Below are positions 24,831 to 36,748 of a stretch of 64,000 bases of DNA, piece after piece. The notes under the pieces are model-generated. The model was given only the letters and a program-made list of their open reading frames with translations. It ran no database searches and was not told the origin of the DNA. Made by a program: the position numbers and the translations under genes. Positions within the stretch are counted from its first letter, which is position 1. Every line of letters starts with the position of its first letter. This stretch comes from Podarcis bocagei (Eukaryota): assembly GCA_964188305.1 (NCBI GenBank), contig OZ076893.1. One strand, 5' to 3'.

Positions 24831-26419
24831 GAGCACTGGTACAGATGTTTCTTATCTCTGCCCCTACTCTTTGTACCTTTAACATCAGCCTGACACAGAG
24901 AAATATCTGGCATAAATATTCATGGTGGGGTGATCTTTACCAGTTGTGGTCACCCTAGTTATCAGAACGCACCTTGTACCCAATAACATTGGAAGAAGTA
25001 ACTTGGGCCATTAAAAATAATAATTATGGCAATATGCCTACTTTTGTCATTCAGAAAACTCTGCATTTAGTAGCAGATGTTTAAGCATCTATTGGCCAAT
25101 TGAACTTGACAGTCCTTTGATTGTGAAACCAACAATGGAGACACACCTGTCCCTGAGCAGAGTTTTTTAGAACTTCCAGAGCAGGAGAACAGACAAAGTG
25201 GATCTACTGGATATACATTCTGATATATTCTTATTTTGCTTAGGGAATTGACACAAGAAAGCTGGTGTCCACCAGAGTTGTGTTGCGCCCCCTGCCCACC
25301 CAACTCATAAAAATACTGCAAATTGGATAAATCACCTGGCTGTTTTTAATAAGAATAATAATAATATCCTACAAAAGATGGAATATATTAAAGTGGTAGC
25401 TTAGGGTAAAAAAAGGAGGCATGTAATGCCTGTATCTGAATAGATCTGAGATGCTTGTCCCAGCAGGCTTCTGCAAACTGAACTGCAGCTGTACAAGCAG
25501 GAATACATTATGCGAAACCTTTTGCTCTCATCACCACATCTGCATAATTGGGGAAAGTGCCAGTAGTTGAAACTTTTCCCAATTGCACAGATGCCTAATG
25601 AGAGGGAAAGGCTTCACTTGCAGAAATCTTCTTACACACCTGTTAAAGGCTCAGAAAATCTGCCAGAAAATGTTGGCAATTCCAATCCAGAATGCAGTAA
25701 ATATACTGTACTGTAGTAAAATAGGTCACTGAGTGTTTGATAAAGGGCTTTTTGTTCCTAGATTAGAAGCAACATCATCATAGAAGGCAGCATTCTTCAG
25801 CCCTCAAGGAAAAGCTCAGTTTGAGCTTCCTGGTTGTCCAGACTTGCTGCTGCAGCAGCAGCAGAGCTGCCAACTTTTCAGCCAGTCCCTTTAGCTCTTC
25901 CTTAACCGTTTGAGCTACAGCAGTGAACAGGTGATTTGCTCCATGGCATGAAAAGCTTCACTTCTGATTTCTTCCAGTCAGAGCCCTATTAATGGCACAG
26001 GAGGATTTTCCCCCCTGAGCAGTTGCACATATGGCCAGTTCCAAATTTTAGATCAGTGTTTGGCACGATCAATGTATATTCTCAGTGGTTTAATTTCATT
26101 TCATCTTGGTCTACTGTTTCTGCCTCCAGTTCAGCAAAGCTTGTAGATAAAAATGGGGAGGCTCATGATACTCAGGGGTTTGTCTGTTCACTTTTTGGTT
26201 GGGAGAGGCAGTGGAGATTGGACAAGATGGGCCCACATTCTCTCTGGTGGCATCTGTGCTGCCCATTTGCTTGCTCTCCTCCTTTGGGTCCAGCCCCACA
26301 CTACTGCTGAAAGAGAGAGGTGGGGGTGGCTGCTGTTTCTGTGAATTCACCTCCTCCTTGCTCTTGCCCCTGCTCACATGCTTGGAGTGGCAGGTGTGGT
26401 TCAGCTCCTGTTGATTTGT

Positions 26420-26567
26420 GGTGGTGGTTAGATCATGGTGCTGATAATGCCAGGGTTGCCATTTCAGTCTTCATAGGGGCAGCTGCATAATCCTGCACTG
26501 CAGGGGGTTGGACTAGATGACCCTCAGGGTCTCTTCCAACTCTACAAGTCTACGATTCTATGATTCC
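26420..26567 (+). mobile_element. Short SINE with CR1-derived tail (Squam3-like)
   Basis: tRNA-like head, then GGGTTGGACTAGATGACCCTCAGGGTCTCTTCCAACTCT and a (GATTCTAT)-type tail. Confidence 0.7.
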
Positions 26568-26569
26568 TT

Positions 26570-26930
26570 CACATCACTGGATGCTTCCTGGTGTTGTGTC
26601 TGCTTGTGTGTTTCCTAGAGTGGCAGAGGACTGGATAGCAACAGCCAGACAGGGCCTTCTCACTTGTAGCACCCCTGGTGGGGCTCTCTCCTAGGGAGGC
26701 TTGCCTAGTGCCTACGTTAATATCTTCTAGGTGCCAGACAAATACCTTTTTATTTCCCCAGGTTTTTAACTTCTGGTGCATTTTTATATATCCGCTTGGA
26801 TTGTTTGTTGTGCTCTCTCAACTATTTTATTGGTGATTTGTGTTTTGCACTCTGCAAGCTGTTGTAATACTTCCTTGGAAACTCTTAACTGAAGAGCAGT
26901 ATAGAAATTGGTTTTAAGCCAATGAATAGG
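26570..26930 (+). mobile_element. L2 LINE 3' fragment
   Basis: GACAGGGCCTTCTC...GCACCCC..., AAATACCTTTTTATTTCCCCAGG and a T-rich tail typical of L2 3' ends. Confidence 0.55.
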
Positions 26931-28594
26931 ATTTAGTGGTGGACCCTCTTCTGTTGGGGCTTCGGTCTCTGTGGGTGCCTAGTAATGCTGATCCATGGCA
27001 CCAGCCCTTGTCCTTGAGTCCTTGACTAGTTCCACTGCATTTTCTAAGCATTTGCTTAAGTAGTAACTAGGACCTAAGACCTCTTTCTCCAGTCTTATGC
27101 TCCCTTTAAATGGAAATAAATCTGCAATTCTTAGCTTTCTTACACAATTGTCTGCAGTCCTCTTCTCCCAAATAAGTGATCTCCTGCAGATTTGATAACT
27201 GTGTAGTAATCTGTGTGATTGTCCGTATTTTTTATAGCGAATCACCTGTGCCTTTTAAGTATATGAAAGCAGAAATTCTGCAAGTGAAGTTTTTCCCCCC
27301 TTGCATGGAGTGATAATGAAAGCCTCCAATAACTGTGATGAGGCAGAGGAGCACTGCTAGGGGGGGAAATGTGGCGATCCTAATTGTCTATAATCGCCTG
27401 CAATCTACTGTCTATATTTAAATCAGCTTCTTGTCATTGGGACAGTGCTAATGAGGGATTTTACTAGAAGCTTAGCAGCAGCTGTCCATTAGTGTCCCTG
27501 GGCAAAGGTGACCAATTGTATCCTTACAACCTGTAGGGTTGCCACCTTTCTCACTGGCACTGCTTCTCCACCTTTAATAGCAGGTGGAGCTTCTCTTGGC
27601 AGGAAGAGAAAATTATGGGGAAAGCTCCACCCAATACTATTTTTGAAGGTACAGAAACAGTATTGGTGTTTTTAAAGTAGCAGTCCATTCCTCCCCGCCC
27701 CCACACATACACACATTTCCCCCCTTCACACAACTGCATTTTAATAAATCAGTTGAACATGATATTTCTTGAAATCTGATTGCAAATGGTGTCTGTGGCT
27801 CACAGTGCAGTTCAGAGATTTTTTTTCCCGGGGCAAGAGAAACACAGTGGATACTGAGAGACATAATTAGCAGGCAGGTGCTTGAAATCATTTGTGCCAT
27901 ACCAGAATTCTCTGGAGTTACCAATGAAGTACTCCAGGAGTAGGGCTGCCACCTTGTCTTACTTGCCTTTAATGACCAACCTTGCACTAAAATTGCCCAT
28001 TTTTCAACTGGCCGATGTAGCTGTGCTATGTGTCTGTATGCAAGCTCATTGGGGTCAGAGTCTTTTCTTCACAGTCATTAGCCCAGGAGTTTGTAGGTGG
28101 CATCTCCAGAGGTACTTGCAATGCAAGATCTGCTCAGTGTTTGAAATTGCTCTCTTCCCCCCCCCTCCCTACCATCCACTGCCACTCCATTGCCTTTCTG
28201 TTCTGAAAGGTGCTCCCCCCTCCCATATATGCAAACATAGACAATGAAGGAGCTTGGCTAGAAAGCCTCGCTTCCTTTTCCGATCCCTGCCTTGCCCTGG
28301 GTGAGGAGGCCATTGGTCCACTGAGCTCACCCTAACTGGCAGTGGCTCCCCAAGGTTCTCAGGCAAAGGTTTTCTGTCCTTCTGGCCAACATCCTTTTAA
28401 TGAAAACATTGAACCAGGGACCTTCAGCACAACAGAACATCCTCCGCCATGGCCTCTCCTCTTCTCTCGCAAAAGAAAATCCAGCGGAACTAACACATTC
28501 CATAGAAAATGCCAGTTAAATGCAGCACAGACATACAGTGGTTTAATGGAAGAAGTGTTTGTGATGCAGTTGATGTAGCACGCATACACAGCAG

Positions 28595-28608
28595 GTTGCC
28601 ATAGAAAC
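28595..28608. promoter_or_regulatory. RFX X-box motif in the intron between constant exons 1 and 2
   Basis: GTTGCCATAGAAAC, matching GTTNCCATRGNAAC. Confidence 0.5.
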
Positions 28609-29723
28609 TGCCCGTGTGCTAGATACAGGAGGGCCTTCGGAAGATGCCGAGCTGTAATGGCTAGAGCTCTGCCAAATCAGGAAGCATTTCTTGGTTTTAT
28701 TTAAGCCGAAGAGCGGATTAATTCATACCAGTACTTTGCATTCCTGTTCTCGCCCCCCTCTGTCTTTCACACCAAGTATGTGAAAATAGCACAGTGACAG
28801 GGGAAGGCAGGGTTGCACTTTACATTATGGCATAACTGCATAACCTAACATATAATATTTTCTAGTTTGTTCTAATTCTGTCTGCTAACTAGCCTGACAG
28901 CTTCTTCCTTTTCTGGGTTGCCCCCACTGTGTGAGGAGACACAGCTTTTTTGGTTTGAGCACCCCAATGGGGAGACATTTGCCTATGCGGGAAACATAGT
29001 CAAGAGTGCTGCCTATGTGCCAAGCTTCTTTGTCATATCCTGCAATTTTTGGCACAGTAACTGATTTGCTGTTCCGCCCTTTTTGAACGTAGGATGATTC
29101 TGAAGAGTACAAGGCAGTATACACTCTCATACAAAGCAGCCTTATATTTTTATTTTGCTTTCCCACTTGTTTATTAGATCCTCTCCTTTTATTGATTGCA
29201 CTATTTCTATTAGTTTCTTTTAAGCCTCCCTAGGTACTTGGCTGGCTGAAAGGCAGAGTAAAAATGTATGGCAGTAAGTCCCATTGAGGTCAACAGGGCT
29301 TTCTCCCGGGTAACTGGGCATAGAATTACACCCTAAAAAAGACAAGCAATTACTCTGGTAGCTGGCAGTCTGTTTTATGTTCAGACTTTTCTACTATCTT
29401 CTAAACAAACTTAAGATGGCAAGTTTTATTTCCTGGTTTTTAATTAGAAACTATCTCAGTTAAGTTTTCTCTTTTTTAGAACAATACGGATTTTATTCTT
29501 GATAAATGGTCCTTTGGGAATAACTGTAAATATCATTTCAGCCAACAGCACATTTGGTGTTCAAAACGTAGACATTGCATTATTCTCAGCAAAAAACCAG
29601 CACTATTCCTGGTGTTGAGCCAAAGAAATAGATGGGGGATACTGCTGGTGTACAGTTGTCATGGCCAGACTACCTTCTGGTGAGGCTTTGGCCTCATAGC
29701 AATAGTTATCTCCTGTGAACTCA

Positions 29724-30042
29724 TTAAGATGATATTGACAAACTGGAACGTGTATAGAGGAGGGCAGCCAAGATGGTTAAGGGTCTGGAAACCAAGCCTT
29801 ATGAGGAATGGTTGAGAGAGTTGGGTATGTTTAGCCTAGAGAAGAGGAGACTGAGAGGAGAAAGGTTAGCCATTTTCAAATCTCCCTCGGGAGGTTGTGG
29901 ACTCTCCTTCCTTGGAGGATTTTAAGTAGAGTTTGGATGGCAGTCTGTCATGGATGTTTTAGCTGAGATTCCTGCTGCATTGTAGGCAATTGGACTAGAT
30001 GCCCCTTGGGTCCCTTCCAACTCTATGAAATATCTAAAGGGC
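29724..30042 (+). mobile_element. CR1 LINE 3' fragments (apparently nested)
   Basis: GACAAACTGGAACGTGT..AGAGGAGGGCA.CCAAGATGG...GAGAAGAGGAGACTGAGAGG (CR1 ORF2 end) and TTGGACTAGATG...TCCCTTCCAACTCTATGA (3' UTR). Confidence 0.85.
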
Positions 30043-30104
30043 AGTAGTGTGCCCATTCTTGAAGGATCCTACCCTGGACCCAGAGTTTTATGACAATACT
30101 GCTT

Positions 30105-30250
30105 TGTCACAAACACCCTGTTTTAGGTGAAGGTTCTAGAGAAGCTAGTGACAGCTCAACTCCAGGTACTATTGGAAGAAGCAGATTATCTGGACCCGTT
30201 CCAGTCTGGGTTTGGGAAATGAACTGGCCTCAGTCACCATGGTGGATTGT
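30105..30250 (+). mobile_element. L2 LINE RT fragment
   Basis: Reads KVLEKLVTAQLQVLLEEADYLDPFQSGF, a typical L2 RT segment. Confidence 0.7.
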
Positions 30251-30924
30251 ACTCTTAGTAAGTGCCCAGTGATTACTTTTTTAAAAGTATTTTAGAGTAT
30301 ATTGCGGACATTGGGAAAGCATTGAAGGCCAAGCAGTGATGGAGTTGCATGGTTGACCCTACAGCTGCACTTATTTGGAAGTAAGTTCTGATTACTTTGA
30401 ATCAGTGGGACCTGCTTGTAAGTATACAAATAAGGTCAGACTATAAATCAATGCAAGAAGTAGACACCAGGATATTAGAATTAGCTGAGTCAACAGCTCA
30501 AGTAACAGTTTTACAGGCAGTGTAAAGTGGTTCTGCAGCTGAAGGGATCTGCTTTGGCATCTTGATTTGGTAGAAAGTGCTGCCAATTTCTCCATCTCCC
30601 ATACCACCTTTTGTTTTAATGTAAGCAGCAAATAGAGCTTTGTGGGTCCAAAAGCCTTTGATTGCACCCCTTCATGGATGTGACTTGATAGAAGGGGGGG
30701 AGAGTTTTATTTTCCCGTGGCATTGTGCCACTTATTGTTTAAAAATGAAATATATATGAAACACGGCTTTTCAAGAATGAGAGAGAAACAGTGGGTCTCC
30801 TAATCCACCTGGAACCTTGCACCCTGACATGAAACTCCTGGCTCACAGTTTCAGAAGAGAGGAGTAAGAATCTACCATTACTTATTGTCAGGATACAGAG
30901 GCACATACTCAGGCACAAATGCAT

Positions 30925-31273
30925 TACAGACTCTCCAAGTGTCCCTAATTTCCAGGAATGTCCCTGATTTAGAGACGCCATCCAGGTTTCTCATTTGATA
31001 CCGGAATGTCCCACTTTTCCTTAGAATGTCCCTATTTTCATTGGAGAAATGTTGGAGGTTGTGGAGTTATCTGACCCCTGAGCCATCTGAAGGCAATCCT
31101 GTATAGGGAAGTTTTTTTTTTTAAATGTTTCATGTTTTATTATGTTTTTATATATGTTGGAAGCTGCCCAGAGTGCCTGAGGCAACCCTGTAAGATGTGT
31201 GGGGTATAAACAGTAAAATTACCATTATGGAATGGAACGTCCCTGTTCTCATCGGAGAAATTTTGGAGGGTAT
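30925..31273. mobile_element. Non-autonomous DNA element with repeated TGTCCC units and an internal L2-like tail
   Basis: Imperfect terminal inverted repeats AGACTCTCCAA / TTGGAGGGTAT and repeated GTCCCT.TTT motifs. Confidence 0.55.
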
Positions 31274-31286
31274 TACCACATAATGT

Positions 31287-31652
31287 GGGACGCGGGTGGC
31301 GCTGTGGGTAAAACCTCAGCACCTAGGACTTGCCGATCGCATGGTCGGCGGTTCGAATCCCCGCGGCGGGGTGAGTTCCCGTCGTTCGGTCCCAGCTCCT
31401 GCCCACCTAGCAGTTTGAAAGCACCCCTAAGTGCAAGTAGATAAATAGGTACCGCTTTATAGCGGGAAGGTAAATGGCGTTCTGTGTGCTGCTCTGGTGC
31501 CGGTTTGCCAGAGCAGCTTCGTCACACTGGCCACGTGACCCGGAAGTGTCTTCGGACGGCGCCGGCTCCCGGCCTCTAGAGTGAGATGAGTGCACAACCC
31601 TAGAGTCTGTCAAGACTGGCCCGTACGGGCAGGGGTACCTTTACCTTTACCT
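31287..31652 (+). mobile_element. Sauria SINE, full length, young
   Basis: GGGACGCGGGTGGCGCTGTGG head, B box GGTTCGAATCC, conserved GTAGATAAATAGGTACC core, (ACCTTT)n tail, perfect TSD TTACCACATAATGT (31273-31286 / 31653-31666), CpGs retained. Confidence 0.92.
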
Positions 31653-32310
31653 TTACCACATAATGTGTAACTTATGTGTTGAGCTTCTTAACTGTGTTCA
31701 GCAAGTTATTGTCAGTATCCTAAGTACACTAAGGAGGCAGCATGCCCTGCTAAACAGCATGCCCAGTTATTGGGGATTGGGGCTCCAATAACAGTAAATT
31801 CCAGAGGGGTAGACCTGTGAGCAGCAAAAATAACAGATGTTTTTGTCATTATTGCGGCATGTGCTTTGTGAATCATGAGTTGCATGAAATACTGAGGAGA
31901 AAACTTCAAGCAGCTGCCAAAGTAGGCTCTAGTCCACAAAAGCTAATGTCACAATAAATCTGTTTTAATGTGCCATAAGACACTGTTGTGTACCAGAGAG
32001 AATGTCTGTAGGAAAAGTTTTTTTCCTTTCCTTGCATAACAAGCACTCTTGCACAACTTTTAAAGGGACAGTAGGTTTACTTTGCGGTAGGTTCCCAGTT
32101 AAGAGTACACCCATGAAGAAATTAGTCCCTCAAAAAAGGATACCTCCCTTGTACCATGTGCTTTCTCCCCCACCCCACCCCACCCCCCAAAAAAATACTA
32201 AGAATAGACTGTGCTGTGTGTGTTTTGTGGAGGAAGTGATCCCTTAGATTGTTAACACTGTGTCTACTCTGCCTCTTTTTAATGTTTCATTTGCTTTGTT
32301 TTCTCCTTAG

Positions 32311-32399
32311 GTCTCAGAATGGGGATGAGAATGGGACTTGGCCAAACAACCAGTTTGATACAGAAATGCTTCAAGCCATGATTCTTGCATCAGCAAATG
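32311..32399 (+). CDS. PCDHG: Protocadherin gamma constant exon 2 (89 bp)
   Basis: Acceptor ttttctccttag, encodes (G)[29 protein letters not shown], donor G|gtcagt. Phases fit exons 1 and 3. Confidence 0.97.
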
Positions 32400-33259
32400 G
32401 TCAGTTGCAGCTAACATGTTCACTAATGTTATTACTTTCAGCTATGCTGGGAGTGAGCGGAGGGTGGGGGGGGGATATTTAATGTACATGCCTGTAAAAG
32501 TTTATACAGAAAGCTTGTACTAAAAGAGCTTCAGGGTTATGGCAAGAGAGCCAAGGTTTGCGTGCTTCCTGAATAGCTGTGCCGCTATTTATCACCATAC
32601 AGAATTCCATGGCAAATGGGCAGCTGGCTGGTTTGCAACTCTTTGTAGATTAAAGGGCTTCTTTGTTCTTAGAAGAACTCTAATCTCTTAGTCAATTAAT
32701 GTTTGTATACAGGATTTTTTCTTTAAAAAAAAAGCTCAACATAAAAATGGCTGGAGGCGGGTTCCCAAATATTGTTCACATAGCTGCCTACACATCTTAA
32801 ACAGTCCTGGTTAACAGTTGCTCAGGCTGGTTTAGGACACTGACACGCATCTTTGGAATTAAAGCATTTACATTTTAAAACAGAGAGGGTTAGAATGCGG
32901 AAGTTCAGTTCAGCTCTGAAATGTGTCTTGGTAAAAATAGCTTTAGGGAGTCCATATGTTCACCACTGTCTCTCAGCAAATCCAGATCCAATTTCCTTGC
33001 TTTGCGAATTAAAGGATTGCTTTTGAGCTGTCTTCTGCACAGTTCCAGGGACCAGGAAGTCGGAAGCTGCCCCACAAATTGCAGATTGCCTGATGAGCAG
33101 TGGCAGACAAGCCAGCGTTTAACTTTATAAAGAGAATCTCAGACAAAAGTCTCACAATTTATTTTTGTTGTTGTTAATGTTTATTTGTCACTTTTCTAAC
33201 ACAGAAGAGTGTCCCAAAGCAACTTAACTGGATAAGACATTAAAACTCTGTATAAAATA

Positions 33260-33505
33260 CAGTCATACCTCGGGTTGAAGTCGCTTCAGGTTAAGCCTTT
33301 TCGGGTTGCGCTCCGCGGCGACCCGGAAGTAATGGAGTGTGTTACTTCCGGGTTTCGCTGCTCGCACATGTGCAGACGCCTAAAATGACGTCATGCGCCT
33401 GTGCAGAAGTGGTGAATCGCAAGACGTGTGGACGCGGGTTGCGTTCGCTTCAGGATGTGAATGGGGCTCCGGAACAGAACCCGTTCGCATCCAGAGGTAC
33501 CACTG
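33260..33505. mobile_element. Tc1/mariner (Tigger/pogo-like) MITE
   Basis: CAGTCATACCTC...GAGGTACCACTG termini, TA TSDs on both sides, CpG-rich interior. Confidence 0.85.
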
Positions 33506-33509
33506 TACA

Positions 33510-34490
33510 ATACCTTAGCATGCTGACCTATGAATATGAAAGCATCACTTACTACCCTCCCAATTAATAGTCACAGTCCTGGGTAAACAAATAGGTTTTA
33601 GTTAGGTGCCTAAAAGCAAACAACAGTGGTACCTGGTGAACTTCCCAGGTGCAGTTCACAAACGGGGAGCCACCACCCTCCACACCTCCCTCAGAGAAAG
33701 CACACCAAGAAGGACCTCTGTTGATATTTATGTGGGGTCACATGAGGAGTGGTGGTTCTTGAGGTACAGGGGTCCTGAGCCACATATGGCTGTGTTAGCA
33801 AAAACCAGCACTTTGAATTGAGCCCAGAAACCAATGGGCAGCCCCTGCAGCCAGGCCAGAATTGGTGTTATATACTCAGATTGCCTTATCCCAATCAGCA
33901 ATCTGGCTGCCAGCTTCTGAACTAGCTGCAGTTTCCAAACCATCTTCAAAGACAGCCCTGTGCGTAACACATTAATCTAATTTAGAGGTTACCAGAGTGT
34001 GGATAACAGAAGTTATCACTGTCCAGAGGTTATCACTTGTGCCTCAAGTGACACTAAAAGATCCAGAAGTAGCCCCAAACTGTGTACCTGCTCCTTCAGG
34101 AGGAGTGTTAACCCCATGCAGAACAGAGTGAACCCCAGCCATCCGGTTTAGTGAAGCATCCAGTAACAGCACCATAGTCTTATCTAAATCAAGGTTGTTG
34201 GCTCCCATCTAATCCATTTATCAGTGCTAGGCACTTGTCTAGCATACCCATCACAACTCCTACAGCTGCAAAGAGGGAAACAGAGCTGCATATCATCAGC
34301 ACAGGGCTAGCAATGCACTCCAAAATGCAAAGGGACCTTACTCAGAGGTTTCATGTAGATGCGAAATTGCACGGGGGATACAACTGACCCCTGTGGAACC
34401 CCACTTTGGAGGCTCCATGGGGACAAACAACAATCCACAGGCATTCCATTCTGTAAATGCAGCACATTCCCATCCACACTGGATCCAAAA
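33510..34490 (-). mobile_element. L2 LINE, RT C-terminal half
   Basis: Minus-strand SGVPQGSVVSPVQFRIYMKPL and KLQLVQKLAARLL...ITPILAWLQGLPI..AQFKVLV. Confidence 0.88.
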
Positions 34491-36513
34491 CACCACAAAA
34501 TTAGGCAATCACTTCACAAACTGGCTGTTATCTGAATGTTGAAATCCCAGACAATTGCTTATTTAATTATGTAGTTAAAATTGCAAAATGCACATAAAAC
34601 TAATACTTCTGAAGACAATGTGTTTTCTGGATCAGGTTATTCAGAGGCTGACCTCAGTGGGACTTACTGTCAAGGAAATGTGCAGAATTGCAGCATGCTT
34701 GCAAGTTTTAGATGTGATATCTTGCCTGGGGGTAAACACAGCTAGCTAATCATCACATTTATCCTTGCTGAGCTGACATCTCCAAGTGGTTTGTCCACAC
34801 GGAGCATTATTTAACTGTTAATCCGCTTTCCCCATGCTCATAGGGCCAGTAGCATTGCCTCTGCCCATGGAGCGAACTCCCACAGGAGCCAAGGCACCCA
34901 AAGGTCTCTTTAGCTTCCTCCCACCCAGTGAGACCAGCCAGGAGGAAGTGATCTAGCAGCTGCTTGTTCTGTGGGCAAGTCCAGACACAGACAATGAGGA
35001 ATAAGTTGTGTAAGGAAAGAACACTGCCAACGCCTCTCTTCCTTTGGCACCTTAGAGAGGATGGAGGTAAAGGACCTGCGTGTCAGAAGGCAAAGAGCAG
35101 GACCAATGCTTTGCTGGGACCAAATGGGGAGCGCCCTGGCAAGGCTGGACAGATCTCCCAGGCGGGCCACCTGTTTTCTACCAGACAGAGCCCACTCTGG
35201 ATTTACAAAGGGGATCTGGTAGAAAGGGAAACAGAGAAGCTGTAGCAGTTCGGGGGGGGGGGGGGAGGCAGGCTCTAGCTGCCTGTGCAGCAAACACATT
35301 TAAGAGATTTCGGTGCCTGCTATTTGCGGAACCTCTCCCCCAAGCCACATAATGGGCTTAGTTCAGCAAAGCACACAAGCCAGCAAGATGCATTCAAGCA
35401 ATCCTGCTGTTCACGTCAGTGCTTTCTAATGGCCATTTAAGCAGATTTCCCCCATTATTTTTGCCAAATGGAGGTGGGAGGGGTTTATTAAGCATTCCCC
35501 TCTTGTCTTAGCTGTAGCCTCTGCAAATCAACACGGATAGTGGTTAACGTCTGCTCCAACCGGCCCTGTTTGCCAAGTCCCTCTGCACAGTCAGGGTTCA
35601 TCCAGACTTTATTTGGTGCTGTGCTTCTAGGCACAGGTCTGCGCTTCAAAGCTCTGTGTCCAAGCAGTTTTGTTTTGGGTCCTGGTGCTTACCCCACGGA
35701 AACCTGCTCTTCACCACTGAATCAGAGCAAAAGGCAATCGGAGTTTCTATGGATTGACATTTAATCTGATTCAGTGGTAAAGCGTGGGTTTTCCCCAGGG
35801 AAAGTGCCAGGACAAAAAAACAAAACAAAACGCTTCTTGACTACGGAGCTTTAGAGTGCGGACATATGCCTGGAAAGTGCAACACAAAAGAAAGCCTGGA
35901 TGAGCCCTAAATCACTGTCCTGAGTTTGTAGTCCAGGGAGCGTGGCTTTAAAAAAATAGGTTACTGTGTCTATACATTCACTGGATTTGCTGCTCGCTTT
36001 AGCTCCCCCCACCAAAGGCTCTGGAGATCACATCTCTGCCAAGCGACTGATGCCTAGCCAAATGCTTCCAAATGTATTTGAGTTGCAGCTATTCTGCAGT
36101 AACTACAAGCAGATGCATTTGTCTAATAAAACAGTCTGTAATGTTGGGATGTTGTTTTTTTCAAAGGAAAGCTATTTTTGTTGCGCAGTTAACCCAACGT
36201 AACGCCAGTACTGAATAGTGGATGTGAACAGCCATTCAGTCCATGGTGTGAGAATAGGGTCTGTATTTTTATCTTTTAAGGCTATGGGGTTAATCTATTA
36301 GTTTCAAATGAAACTGCACTGAAATATTGACAATGCTGATTAAAATGCAGCTGTTTATATTTGACTCAGCTACAAACGCAGATCAATTTTTTATTTTCAC
36401 CTTATCCTTCAAAAAAATGTGACGGTGCTGTGAGCTACCTATCTATGTGCAGGGAGGTTTTGGCAGCGGAGCATTCAAAAAACAAATAAACAATAATGGT
36501 TGTTTCCCCCATA

Positions 36514-36748
36514 CAGTGGTACCTCGGGTTAAGTACTTAATTCGTTCTGTCAGGTCCGCTCTTAACCTGAAACTGTTCTTAACCTGAAGCACCACTTTAG
36601 CTAATGGGGCCTCCTGCTGCTGCCGCTGCACAATTTCTGTTCTCATCCTGAAGCAAAGTTCTTAACCCGAGGTACTATTTCTGGGTTAGTGGAGTCTGTA
36701 ACCTGAAGTGTCTGTAACCTGAAGCGTATGTAACCCGAGGTACCACTG
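36514..36748. mobile_element. Tc1/mariner (Tigger/pogo-like) MITE
   Basis: TIRs CAGTGGTACCTCGGGTTA / TAACCCGAGGTACCACTG, TA TSDs; near-identical copy at 60942-61167. Confidence 0.92.

Noticed and set aside
25289-25302. Reverse CTCF-like GCGCCCCCTGCCCA
   Set aside because: Only half of the core matches; the CCA end is lost.
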